Positions 32,701 through 42,100 of a stretch of DNA of 64,000 bases are shown piece by piece. Below the pieces are notes generated by a model. The model saw only the letters and a program-made list of their open reading frames with translations. It did not search any database and was not told where the DNA came from. Made by a program: the position numbers and the translations under genes. Within the stretch, counting starts at the first letter, position 1. The number at the start of each line of letters is the position of its first letter. This DNA comes from a virus, in the IMG/VR virus record IMGVR_UViG_3300023184_004167, positions 64,001-128,000 of that record, one strand, 5' to 3'.

Positions 32701-34751
32701 CTTGTATTGTTATAAGTATAAACAGGTTCAGGTCTTCCTAAAAAATCAGTGCTTTTCCAATTAGCACTTGATGTTTCATTAAAGGTTAACCCATATGGTG
32801 GAAACCACATAACTCTACCCCCATTTGGACCTCTTTCACATACAGGTAAATCAGTTACAGTATAACCAGGTCTATTTGATGTTCTCCAAGCCAAATTTTC
32901 TATTGAGAACATATACTTTTTAGCATACTCCCCATTTACCCCTCCCATCACTAAATTAGTTGAATCTTGTCCTCCCTCTCTTTTATTGGGATACATATTC
33001 AAATTATATGTCTTATCTAAAACGGAATAACTAAATCTTCTTCCTTCCGTTGTCATCCCATCAGTTTTTTGTAAATCATTGTATTGGAGATATGGTGTAT
33101 CTTTTGCAAAAACTCTGCAATATTCAGCCCCTTTCTCTTGTCCTATATCACCGACATAGGTTAATACTCTAGAACCCTTTGTAAGTTCTCTATAACCATC
33201 GTGAAACACTTTGCTGACTTGGTCAATAGCATTACCCACATGCTGTAATCTTTTACCTCCTTGAGGTTGACTATTGATTAATCTTTGTGTGTCATCTAAT
33301 ATTGAACCTGTCTTAAACGCAATGTTTGTAGATTCTGTTGGAGCGTATGATGATTCTTTAAAATCTGAATCTTCTTTTACAATCTCCCCACCTACACCTA
33401 CTTTTTTACCTGCATTGTTTTTATACTTTGGTGAAACCCAAGTAAGTCCTCCCTCAACGCCGCCACCATCACTATATGTTGGACCGTTAGCGGCTAATCT
33501 AATCTCTTTACTAGGTCCCTCATATAATTGAGCCAATTCAACCGGACCAAATACAGGTGATTGAATTTCTTTACCAAACTCATTTACAGGTAATGATTTA
33601 CTTGGTGAGAATATTCTTGAAGGTTCTGAAGTTGTTGAACCAATATAATAATTACTATTATTAGTTTGGGTTCCAACAATTGCTCCCGCCAATCTATCAA
33701 ATATGTTTCTATCGTACCCCGGTTTATATCTATTATAATCAAGATTACCAAATAATCTTGATTTTTGTCCAGCACCTGTATTGTTTAAAAATAATTGTGA
33801 ACCATTTTTACCCGTTCCTAAAAGTGTTGATAAAATTTGTCCTACTGCTGTCTGTCCCGCAGTATTATTATAAGCATTTTGTAATTGTTGTATTGTTGTT
33901 GGTTGTCCAGGATTAATACTTGCATCAAAGTATGAACCCGGTATTGGTGATACGGGTATTGTACTTCCCGCTAATCTTAACGCAAAGTCAGCGGCAGCAA
34001 TAATAGGATTAGAAGGTACGGTAATTTGATAGTTAGGTTGAATTAAAGGTATTTGTCCTGTAACCAATCCTAACACATCTGTTCCACTATTTGCATTTAA
34101 TATATTTGCCCTTCCTACTGTTTGTCTTCTTATTTCTCTAGCAATCCTTTCTTGAAACTCAACTCTTAAAACTTTGGCACCTAACCGAGCAATAAACGAA
34201 TCTTGACTTAAAAGTCCATTACTACCTCCTGGGTTGGGAGATAAAAGAATCGCAGCCGGACTATAAAAAGATGCAACAAAAGTTGTTGGATAAGGTTGAG
34301 CGTTTCCTGTTCTTCCTTGATTTATCTGTAATATTTCTAAACTTGAGAAATTTACCGCTGAATCTATAACACTATTTCCCGCACCATTACCATAAGCATT
34401 AAGTATTTTCCAATGTGGTGCTTCTTGATATGCTTCTTGTATTAAATTGGCGTCTTGTACACCATATTCCCCTTCATTTGAGTTTGTGTTTTGTAATGTA
34501 TTTGGGTCTCTTACTTGTTCATATCCTCCATCAGCACCATATTGGTTTAATGGATATAATCTATTTGCAAATGTTGGTTGGTCAATTAAGTCATCAGGAC
34601 TATCTATTACGCTATAATTAGATTGAATTATTTCAAAATTAATTGGGGGCGTCGCCCTATTTGGTGACTTAGCATAAGGTGCCAAGTTCCTAACCATTAG
34701 TCTATTTCTAAAAGTTTCTGTTGAAGGGAAGTCTAACGGACTATTAGCCAT
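29715..34751 (-). CDS. Large baseplate/tube-initiator-like protein with an inserted OmpA-like domain, 1678 aa
   Basis: FPPYGLTFNETSSANWKSTDFLGRPEPVYTY and PPVLILRVGDFF (tube-initiator-like) flank VYFGND...YNVELSKRR...CRRA (OmpA C-terminal-like); sits after the tape measure gene. Confidence 0.6.
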   Translation of the reverse strand: MANSPLDFPSTETFRNRLMVRNLAPYAKSPNRATPPINFEIIQSNYSVIDSPDDLIDQPTFANRLYPLNQYGADGGYEQVRDPNTLQNTNSNEGEYGVQDANLIQEAYQEAPHWKILNAYGNGAGNSVIDSAVNFSSLEILQINQGRTGNAQPYPTTFVASFYSPAAILLSPNPGGSNGLLSQDSFIARLGAKVLRVEFQERIAREIRRQTVGRANILNANSGTDVLGLVTGQIPLIQPNYQITVPSNPIIAAADFALRLAGSTIPVSPIPGSYFDASINPGQPTTIQQLQNAYNNTAGQTAVGQILSTLLGTGKNGSQLFLNNTGAGQKSRLFGNLDYNRYKPGYDRNIFDRLAGAIVGTQTNNSNYYIGSTTSEPSRIFSPSKSLPVNEFGKEIQSPVFGPVELAQLYEGPSKEIRLAANGPTYSDGGGVEGGLTWVSPKYKNNAGKKVGVGGEIVKEDSDFKESSYAPTESTNIAFKTGSILDDTQRLINSQPQGGKRLQHVGNAIDQVSKVFHDGYRELTKGSRVLTYVGDIGQEKGAEYCRVFAKDTPYLQYNDLQKTDGMTTEGRRFSYSVLDKTYNLNMYPNKREGGQDSTNLVMGGVNGEYAKKYMFSIENLAWRTSNRPGYTVTDLPVCERGPNGGRVMWFPPYGLTFNETSSANWKSTDFLGRPEPVYTYNNTSRTGSLTWKIVVDHPSVLNLIVNKVLANETNKVRIDSILESFFAGCRKYDLYDLAKKYYTVNPNDLFEIQKEIQNRDVSTERMRYVKQSVTTGEDATPNTFTSTKTPIKTLDDFNNKGVYFGNDYPKPGNNTQNYTIEYARYTAPSNVAGYVAHNSESNTFFNNVITPNYQDMDKLAIEIDKLLSNSENKGTISLTIASSCSAPASQTYNVELSKRRIGSLITYFTENVHTKNHVKNNKLLFNQVPKGEIDRAQVQQYTGGQWQSSNSYSCSDENGETGAVGSHDIYTTKAMACRRAYLLKIDTSTLSAPDTKTTVEGKASTKVTQDVDVPENYTETTQVPEEVTKTVIRDNITKRVLRSLLSECDYFETIKEETPMVYDNLREKLKFFNPAFHSTTPEGLNSRLTFLQQCLRPGDTIPVTQKNGALQYNNATNTAFGTPPVLILRVGDFFHTKIIPDSLGLTYENLDINPEGIGIQPMIANITMSFKFVGGQGLSGAVDKLQNALTFNYYANTEMYDDRADVTDTSYKVLDKEFLDYFNIQVPPPTVNQVQNNNGQSNGQTIGVITSATTTQSGETGFINYQGYMNGFLLSTQNYFTTIFNKNKEVVSQYNNAVRQVWNKERNYTDGAFLYTKSDKTKLFGKPKNVEQSVDKIFNDFINDIDSDTEGFIQFIKGTTLHPKNFTSKAIKTIKDNYKTYIKAKKSNYQSALTKLTQDLVIQEQNLITNIAKNNAITFGQQNVSGTDGLQQKNSFVKLYVTLPTTKVNDTTYPDTLRELTGDSIKIASAITQFNTVIQTKITFKHLATDYNGVLVYGFEKIPEDKVFVPFSREIKFKDVSFQRSYFILNQDVIDDVKYTTFKQQIIGNLLSNPSLFAGGDSDIGTQFDAYWKIDATQSPSAKTLFVNENAITQSFFTEMEKNQLKNYLIFTPFTGAKIKKYEFTYNTNVDRQSESPFKKRREELIKALGNSTNQYPSFSDWSNQTSSGILVCKVKLN

Positions 34752-34808
34752 TTAATCTATTTTAATATAAATAGGTTGTTCTATTTTTTTTATTCTTATT
34801 GTGGTATT

Positions 34809-36530
34809 TTACCACCCCGCTTTTTTAAGATTTTGTCTTTGGTTTGCATCTAAATTTAAGAATGTTTCATAAACTTTTGATTTAAAATCTGAACTATTTA
34901 ACCAATTTTCAAAATCTTGTTTGTTTGTTCCTGGAGGGGCATCTACCTTAAAAGTTACAACCCCTCCAAAATCAACTTTTTGAGTTAACCCTTTACTACT
35001 TGCAGATAGTGTTCCTGAAGGTAGTTTTGATTTAACTCTAGTTTCATCATAAATTAATTTTTTTGCCCTTTCTTCTATTTTAGCGGCAACTGTTTCAAAT
35101 CCACCTGTAGCATTATTTTTCAAATTAGTGATTTGAAGTTTTATATTTTCTATTGCTGCTTGCGATTCGGGTCCACTCATATCTCCTTTATTATTTATAA
35201 ATTCTTTTAATAAAGTTGATAAATTATCAACACTTTTTGTCACTTCAGGTCTAATGTCAGAACTCTTAGGAACCGCATTATATATATCATTCATTGATTG
35301 TGTACTAAACTCTCTAATATTTTCACTAAGTTTTTTTACTTGGTCAGCACTAACAACACCATATTCAAGTCCACTTCTCATTGATACAAGTGTAGACACA
35401 ATTTGTTTCTGAGCATCTAATTGTTCTGTTGCCAATTCTTCCATTGTTAACTCGCCTTTCTCTTTTTGTTGTTTAATAAGCAAATTAACCTGTTCTTGAG
35501 TTAAATCAGAAAGTTTCTTTGTCTCAATTTTACCATCTTCATCTTTAATATTAACTTCATATTCACCTTGTGTATTCATTTTGGAAATACTACCAAGAAG
35601 TTGTTTATCTTCTTCACTTTGAAAATTAATACTTGGTTTTAATTCACCTAACGCTTTATCTAAATTTGCAACAGCCAACGCTGATTTTGCTAGATTGTCA
35701 TAACTCATATTTGTTTGTTTAGCCAATTCCCTCATTTGCAGAATCCCCATAGGGCTAATTTTAAAACTCTTTGTCTTCTCATCAAACTCAGTATATTGTT
35801 TTGTCATCCGAGCCAAACTCTCTTGTAATCCTTTCGGGTCATTCAAAGACATATTCATCAACTGAAATGGGTCATTTAATTCCCCTGATGCAACCCCCAT
35901 TCTTTGAAACGCTGATGCCATAGCCACCGCAGCATCTGGGTCTAAAACTTTGTCGGCAAACCTCTGAGTTTCACTCATATCAAATTTTAAAATTGATGCG
36001 TTTGCCGCCATTTTTGTTAACCCTTGAACTCCTCCCTCAAAATTAAATTGATTCATCAAAGACATATTTCTAACAACATCCCCCATTACTTGTTTAGAAT
36101 TTAATCCCAAATTTTGGACATAATTAATCGCGTGTTCCATTTGTGGTCCAATTTGAGAAAATTGAACTCCTACATCTTGAAACCCTTTTACAAGACTATT
36201 AGTACTTAAATCAAGAACTTTATTTATAGAGTATAATTTTGCTGCGTCTTCTTGACTGGCGATAACATTTCTTTGAGTTGCTTCTGATACATCTTTTAAT
36301 ACATTAAAAGCATCATTAGTTGTTCCGCCTAATTTTTCAATCGCTGGTATGGTATCCGCAATAGCATTTTGTATTTCTTGTATTCTTTGTCTATTCTGAG
36401 TAAATACATTATTTAAAGCTGTTGCGTTTCCTGTCATTTCTCTATATGCGTGCTCAAAGTCAGGCATAAGTTCTTTAAACTTATCTAAAAATTTTTGTAA
36501 TACGCTTGTTTCATCATCTGCTGGTGCCAT
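34809..36530 (-). CDS. Probable tape measure protein
   Basis: Helical A/Q/L/K/M-rich sequence in the canonical position after the tube and chaperone genes and before the baseplate genes. Confidence 0.65.
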   Translation of the reverse strand: MAPADDETSVLQKFLDKFKELMPDFEHAYREMTGNATALNNVFTQNRQRIQEIQNAIADTIPAIEKLGGTTNDAFNVLKDVSEATQRNVIASQEDAAKLYSINKVLDLSTNSLVKGFQDVGVQFSQIGPQMEHAINYVQNLGLNSKQVMGDVVRNMSLMNQFNFEGGVQGLTKMAANASILKFDMSETQRFADKVLDPDAAVAMASAFQRMGVASGELNDPFQLMNMSLNDPKGLQESLARMTKQYTEFDEKTKSFKISPMGILQMRELAKQTNMSYDNLAKSALAVANLDKALGELKPSINFQSEEDKQLLGSISKMNTQGEYEVNIKDEDGKIETKKLSDLTQEQVNLLIKQQKEKGELTMEELATEQLDAQKQIVSTLVSMRSGLEYGVVSADQVKKLSENIREFSTQSMNDIYNAVPKSSDIRPEVTKSVDNLSTLLKEFINNKGDMSGPESQAAIENIKLQITNLKNNATGGFETVAAKIEERAKKLIYDETRVKSKLPSGTLSASSKGLTQKVDFGGVVTFKVDAPPGTNKQDFENWLNSSDFKSKVYETFLNLDANQRQNLKKAGW

Positions 36531-36556
36531 ATAATTTTGTTTTATTATAAATAGAA

Positions 36557-36580
36557 CAAGGACTAAAAAATTAGTCCTTG
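36557..36580 (-). terminator. Hairpin overlapping the stop of the frameshift extension, directly before the tape measure promoter motif
   Basis: CAAGGACTAA-tttt-TTAGTCCTTG, a perfect 10-bp stem. Confidence 0.6.
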
Positions 36581-36723
36581 CTATTACTTTCTACCCATTT
36601 ATCTAAAAGATATCTCCGAATAAAAATCGGCATCCTTTCAAAATCAGAGTAAGTTATTTTTAATAATGTGTTTAAATAATAAAATTCATCAATTTGAGAT
36701 TTTCTATAATTAGAAGAAAGGGC
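36571..36723 (-). CDS. Unannotated 50-codon extension of the tail chaperone (gpGT/gp51-like), probably reached by frameshift
   Basis: The +1 frame reads ALSSNYRKSQIDEFYYLNTLLKITYSDFERMPIFIRRYLLDKWVESNSKD*. It overlaps the chaperone end at GAC TTT TTT CGC and has no ATG at its 5' end. Confidence 0.7.
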   Translation of the reverse strand, partial: ALSSNYRKSQIDEFYYLNTLLKITYSDFERMPIFIRRYLLDKWVESNSKD

Positions 36724-37447
36724 GAAAAAAGTCCACCCCAAATCCGACGTTAATTGTCAGTTTCTCTCCTGATGGGGCTGTAATTTTTTTTGTTAAATCA
36801 AGTCTAGGTTCGTTTTCGTTCATAAACTTTCTAATATATTTAGAATCTGCAATCGGTAATTGCTCAACAAATTTTGCAATCTCGCCCATATCAATAGTTC
36901 CATTAACCTCAACAATTTCTTTTTGTAGTCTCATTGTAACTTTTGGCGGAACTCTACCCAAAGGATATGATTCAATTGTTTTATTTATTAATACTGTATC
37001 ACCATTTGTTAATGGTTTTAATTTTATTGTTGTATTACTTTTTGGTAAAAGTACCGTAAATGTTCCGTCTGGGTTTGGGTCAATTCCTTTTATTAAAGGT
37101 AATTGGTCCAATAAAACATCAACTTTAAATTCTTTCTTTGTTACCGGGTCTATTGCTGTAACAGTAATTTCAGGCCCGAATGAAGTATTTCTTAAAAAGA
37201 TTAAGATTGCTTCAATATCTCCCTCTAACATATCCTCCACTTTAAAGTCGGGTTCATATATTTTTGCCCTTAATAAATTTGTTGCAATGTCTCCCCCACC
37301 TAATAAGATATTCTCATCCATTGCAGTTAAATAACCAACTTTAATTGATTGTTTTTTATTTTTATAAAACACACCCCCAGATGGTAAAGGTACCACATCG
37401 TGGGGAAGAGTTAAATTTTGTTGTCCGTATTGTCTTGATTCGTCCAT
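36710..37447 (-). CDS. Tail assembly chaperone/baseplate hub assembly protein (T4 gp26-like)
   Basis: VPLPSGGVFY, YLTAMDENIL, GDIEAILIFLRNTSFG, C-terminal GVDFF; lies between the tube and tape measure genes. Confidence 0.75.
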   Translation of the reverse strand: MDESRQYGQQNLTLPHDVVPLPSGGVFYKNKKQSIKVGYLTAMDENILLGGGDIATNLLRAKIYEPDFKVEDMLEGDIEAILIFLRNTSFGPEITVTAIDPVTKKEFKVDVLLDQLPLIKGIDPNPDGTFTVLLPKSNTTIKLKPLTNGDTVLINKTIESYPLGRVPPKVTMRLQKEIVEVNGTIDMGEIAKFVEQLPIADSKYIRKFMNENEPRLDLTKKITAPSGEKLTINVGFGVDFFRPFF

Positions 37448-37518
37448 AATTTTATTTTATAGATTAAATGTAAGTAAGATTAATGGTTTATAAAGATATT
37501 TTTTTATAACCTATTAGA

Positions 37519-37553
37519 AATAAAAATTCCCGTATATAAAATATACAGGAATT
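37519..37553 (-). terminator. Intrinsic terminator after the tail tube gene
   Basis: AATTCCTGTATAT-ttt-ATATACGGGAATT (one G-U pair) followed by TTTATTT on the minus strand. Confidence 0.7.
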
Positions 37554-37585
37554 CATTAATATCGTCAATAAATAGATAATCTTTA

Positions 37586-38074
37586 TTAGTAAACCAATAC
37601 ACATCTATCCATTCTTAAAGTTGCTGTGATTGTTGCCAAAGCATCTGATTTGTAATCCAAAGTATTGAAGTTCACATCAGTTAAGAATGTACCATACAAT
37701 ATCCACTTTTCAACAACTACACCCGTTGGGTCCAACATCTCCAAGTCAATATCTTTTTTATATCCTGCAGCATAACCCATTCTACCTGTAACAGATTCTG
37801 CGTGTAAACGAACCCACTCCATAAGAGCTTGTGCAGCTGAAGGCCCAATTGGGTCTCTAAAGGTCACGTTAATTGTTTGCCAGTTAAATCTACCTGCAAC
37901 CCACGTTGATGTATTTAAGAATTGAATCTCAGTTGCAGCAATTGATATGTGAGGTCTAGATGAACTCTCAATAAACCACTCATTGATACCTAAACTTGAA
38001 GGAAACCTTAAAATGAATCGGTTCTGTCTTTTCGGTTCATAAGGTATGGGCATTTTCATTAATAAATCAGCCAT
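37586..38074 (-). CDS. Tail tube protein (T4 gp19-like)
   Basis: EPKRQNRF, AGRFNWQTINVTFRDPI, MEW, YKKDIDLEMLDPTGVVVEKW. Confidence 0.9.
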   Translation of the reverse strand: MADLLMKMPIPYEPKRQNRFILRFPSSLGINEWFIESSSRPHISIAATEIQFLNTSTWVAGRFNWQTINVTFRDPIGPSAAQALMEWVRLHAESVTGRMGYAAGYKKDIDLEMLDPTGVVVEKWILYGTFLTDVNFNTLDYKSDALATITATLRMDRCVLVY

Positions 38075-38176
38075 ATTATATTGTATTTAATTTTTTTGTT
38101 TATTGATAATAAATAGTACCTTTTTTAAAAAATTTATCTATTTACTTTTGTTTTAATTTTTTTTATCCTTTATATA

Positions 38177-38195
38177 TCCAGTTCCAGTATCCAGT
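38177..38195. repeat. Three tandem TCCAGT units in an AT-rich intergenic region
   Basis: TCCAGT at 38177, 38183 and 38190. Confidence 0.5.
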
Positions 38196-38230
38196 ATTAA
38201 TAATTCTTAATATATCTTAATAATAATTAA

Positions 38231-39061
38231 TTATTTATATTCTTTTTTAATACCTCCAGCTGTAGAATAAGTCTTAACTATATTATCCGGCTTGTTCTCA
38301 AAATGTTTCTTCATCGCTTCAACATTTCTAATATCATCATCAGAAAACCCTATTTTAGGCATTTTAGGAATAAATTTATTTCCCAAATCTTTTTTGATAT
38401 ATGCCTTTTTATTTAACAACGCTGACATCGCCCTAATATAAGATACAAATTCATCCATCGCCATAACCTTTGCTTGTTCAGGATTTTCAGCCCCTTTAAC
38501 ATCACCAAATGAAACGGGGTGGTATCTGTTAAGTTCTAAATAAGATTTAATTAAATCATTATCACTCATCTCACCCTCATCAGAAAAAGTTCTAAACTTC
38601 CTTAAGTTTTTAATCAATTGGTCTTTATCTATACCATTAAAATTTGAAATGATGTAGTTGTACACCCCTTGTTTTAAAGTCTCAGGATTGTGTCCCCTAG
38701 CCGTTACAATTGCAAATATTGAACCATTATTAATAGATTCTCTAAAATCATCAAATGCTGGTCCGGGAATTGCTCTCATTGCATCAACTAAAAATTGTTT
38801 ATCCCCCTCTACTCTAAAATTCCTAAAAGGATTTTCTGCATAACCTACAATAGTTTCCCCGTTATATTTAAAATCTTTTTTTCCAATGTCGTGTCTATGT
38901 TCCGCAAAATCCTCTGTTCCCATACCTACTTCATCCCCTTCACTATTTTTTAATATTATCTTTGTTGGCATTGAAACAATATTGTCATCCCAATCAAATG
39001 CATAATATTTCATATCTGGAGTACTTTCCTCATTAAAACCTTCTAAAATAAATCTTTTCAT
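38231..39061 (-). CDS. HAD-superfamily phosphatase-like protein
   Basis: Motif I AFDWDDNI, motif II IVTARGH, a Lys (EQAK), motif IV GFSDDD. The likely start is ATG 39061 (MKRF), because the track's start at 39100 runs straight into a hairpin. Confidence 0.65.
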   Translation of the reverse strand: MKRFILEGFNEESTPDMKYYAFDWDDNIVSMPTKIILKNSEGDEVGMGTEDFAEHRHDIGKKDFKYNGETIVGYAENPFRNFRVEGDKQFLVDAMRAIPGPAFDDFRESINNGSIFAIVTARGHNPETLKQGVYNYIISNFNGIDKDQLIKNLRKFRTFSDEGEMSDNDLIKSYLELNRYHPVSFGDVKGAENPEQAKVMAMDEFVSYIRAMSALLNKKAYIKKDLGNKFIPKMPKIGFSDDDIRNVEAMKKHFENKPDNIVKTYSTAGGIKKEYK

Positions 39062-39065
39062 AAGT

Positions 39066-39098
39066 ACAAAGATAGGGGATATTTTACAACCCCCTATC
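39066..39098 (-). terminator. Hairpin/terminator after the tail sheath gene
   Basis: GATAGGGG-gttgtaaaatat-CCCCTATC then TTTGT on the minus strand. Confidence 0.6.
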
Positions 39099-39112
39099 AT
39101 ATTTTAAATTTA

Positions 39113-42100
39113 TTATATATTCTCAAAAGACGCACCTGTTGGTGTTATCAAGAATTCAATATTGATAAACTCAAGTGCTCTTGTTGGCTTAAGATAAATT
39201 TTACCATTTAAAGTGTTTCTATCCAAATCTTCAGGTGAAGATGATACAGTCACACGGAAATCATACAAACCTCTATCTCTTCTAATTGCGTCTAATATTG
39301 GGTTAACACTATCCAAGAATTGTTGTCTAACTATTTGGTCGTTTTGTTCAAACAATAATCTAACAGCAACTGCGGATATTAATTTACGAGCCTGTAATAA
39401 CAATCTTCTAACATTTAATCTGTTAAGAGCTGAATCAGAAATTTGTAAAGTTTTATTACCCCATATTACTGTACCAACATCAGAGAAGGTTGCAATTGGG
39501 TTAATTCTACCTTGATACAAAGTATCTCTATCTTCTTGTGTTAATTTAAATCTTGCCTTAACTGAATTAACCAAACCTCTTGTATAACCCGCAGATGCGA
39601 ACCAAGGGAAAGCAATATTATCAGTCAATGCTAAATTTCTACAAACTTCACCTGTTGGTGGAAGATATATCTGTGTATTATTAACAGTATCTCTAACAAG
39701 AATCCAAGGGTAGTAAGTTGCAGTATAGTTAGAATCAATACCTGTTTGGTCTAAATTATCTACAGCTTCTTGTGGTAAAATATTATTTATTGAATCACCA
39801 CCATCAGGGGTATACATATCATAATCAGGTATTGCTGCGATATAAATAGAATCGGCTCTTTCATATTGAACCATATTAATTGCTGCTTCAGCCAAACTGT
39901 CGTGATTTACTATATCAATACTACCTGTTGCGAATATGTTAATATTTGTTGCTTCAGGATTTGCAAAGGTTTCAATACCTAACAAATATGCGTAAAAATC
40001 GGTGTTTGCGTAATCAACAGTATTTTGATTAACAACAATTGGTTTGAACATACCATCACCTGTTGCTGTTGGATATCTTGTATCAGGTGCCGCTCCATCT
40101 AAATAACCTAATCCACCAAGACGGAATCTTTGTTCATTAGTTCTAAATTCTCTATAAACATCCCATCCGTCAAAACCACCAGCAAAACATACTGTGAATT
40201 TTCTTGAATAGATAAAGTAATAAGGATTTGCTTGAGTTGATGGTTCACTATGGAAAGATGCAACACCACAATCAAATGCGGTTTCACCACTTGTATCATA
40301 TGAATTTGATATTGTAATAACAGTTGCTCCTGAATCCATATGGAAACCTCTTGTTTGATAATTCCAACTATCAGAGTCTGTAGCAGTTTCCCAACCAATT
40401 GTAGGATTTTGTTTACCTTTATATTGTAAGAATGAATCATCAACACCAAGTTTACTTGAGAAACCTAAATAAGTTCTTCTAATGACATCACCATTTGATG
40501 TAACAACATTTACACCACCTGAAGTACTTCCAAATGGAGGATTAAATACTGTTTCTCCTGGTATATTATAATGTGTTTTATAAATTGCTATTGGTGATGG
40601 ATTACTAGTATTAGAATAAACTCTTTGTGTATATCCGTGAAAACCACAAGGTAATGCATCAGCAGGATAATTGTCAGCCATTTCAACCATAATATATTTA
40701 GAAATTAAAGCGAACTCACCATTTGCAGTACCAATTTTTTTAGCAATAAAACTATTAGAATTAATATCTAAATTACAATTTGTAAATTTCTCAATTACCA
40801 CAGGATTAGTATCAGTATCATAAAAACTTCTTACTAATACATCAAAAGTTTGATTATTAAAAGAGATTCCCGCAATTGACACCTTAACTTCTGTATTTGC
40901 TGCGGTACCATCAGATATTGAAATAAATCTAAATAAATTAAAAACTTCAGTACCCCTTAGTTCAGAAACTAAGAAAGGTGTCATTGGTGTTGTATATTTT
41001 TCTAAATTCCAAGCAATTGATTGAGTACTTCTACTTCTTGCGTCAGGTAATGCAATTAAAGTACAATCTAAACCACGAATATATCCTTTATTATAAAGAT
41101 AATCCAAAGCACCTGCATAAATTTCTTCAACAAAAATAGGAACTTGAGTTCTTGATTTACCAAAATTATCCATTCCAAGTACTTTAGTTATAAACTTACT
41201 ACTTGATGCCAATAATGATGTCTCAAATGAGAATGTATTATTATCTTTAGTATAACCCGATAATAAGAATGTCGCAAAAGGACTTGATTGAACATATGAG
41301 TATTGGTCAGTACAAACCATTTGTAAATCATCTCCAATCCAATTACCAAAACTATCAACTCTACCAGGAACTTCATATTCAGGACCATGCTGTGTTGAAC
41401 TATATTCAGATATACCTCTTGAACGAAGAGTTGCAACAATTAAATTATTAATCCCCTCATATGCAGTACCTGAAAAAGTATAAGTATTACCTGTTATTGT
41501 TATTTGAAATGATGTTGATGTTGATGTACCCGTTGATAAATTTGTAACATTATAATTAAAAGAATATCCAGGATAAACAACTCCCGTTGTTAAATGAAAA
41601 TTAGAATAAAACCAAGAATCATTAGAACCTGCGGTTAAATCATTTGCATGCAAGTCTAAATCATCACAACCAAATACATTACTTAATATTGTATATTGTG
41701 ATGCCAAAACATTATAATCGGACTGAGGAATTGCACCATAAAAAATTGCGGTTGTTCCTGTTGTACTTGGTGTTAATGCGTATGATGTTAATACATTTAA
41801 AGTGTCAGCAGAATATGTAGAGACTGAACCATTTGCCAATCTATATTGAGTGTTATAATTAGATGAAACTTCAATTGGTAATGCACCACTTATAAGTTGA
41901 ATTGTATTTAAGGAAGTATCTCCTGTAAAAGTCGCTGTCCAAGGTGCTGTTGGTACTGAAGAATCAATACCTATTGTTGTACCATCAACATTAGCCGTTA
42001 CCCTCAAACTCCAAGAAGGACCCGCATCATATCCTGATAAACCAAGAATTCTTGTTACGAATAATTGATTAGATTGTTGAAGGTATGATTTAGCAATATA

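Noticed and set aside
39062-39100. Track start at 39100 for the HAD gene, and TATCTTTG as a Bacteroidota -7 promoter
   Set aside because: The extension runs through the post-sheath hairpin; TATCTTTG is the 3' arm and tail of that stem, and there is no properly spaced -33 TTTG.
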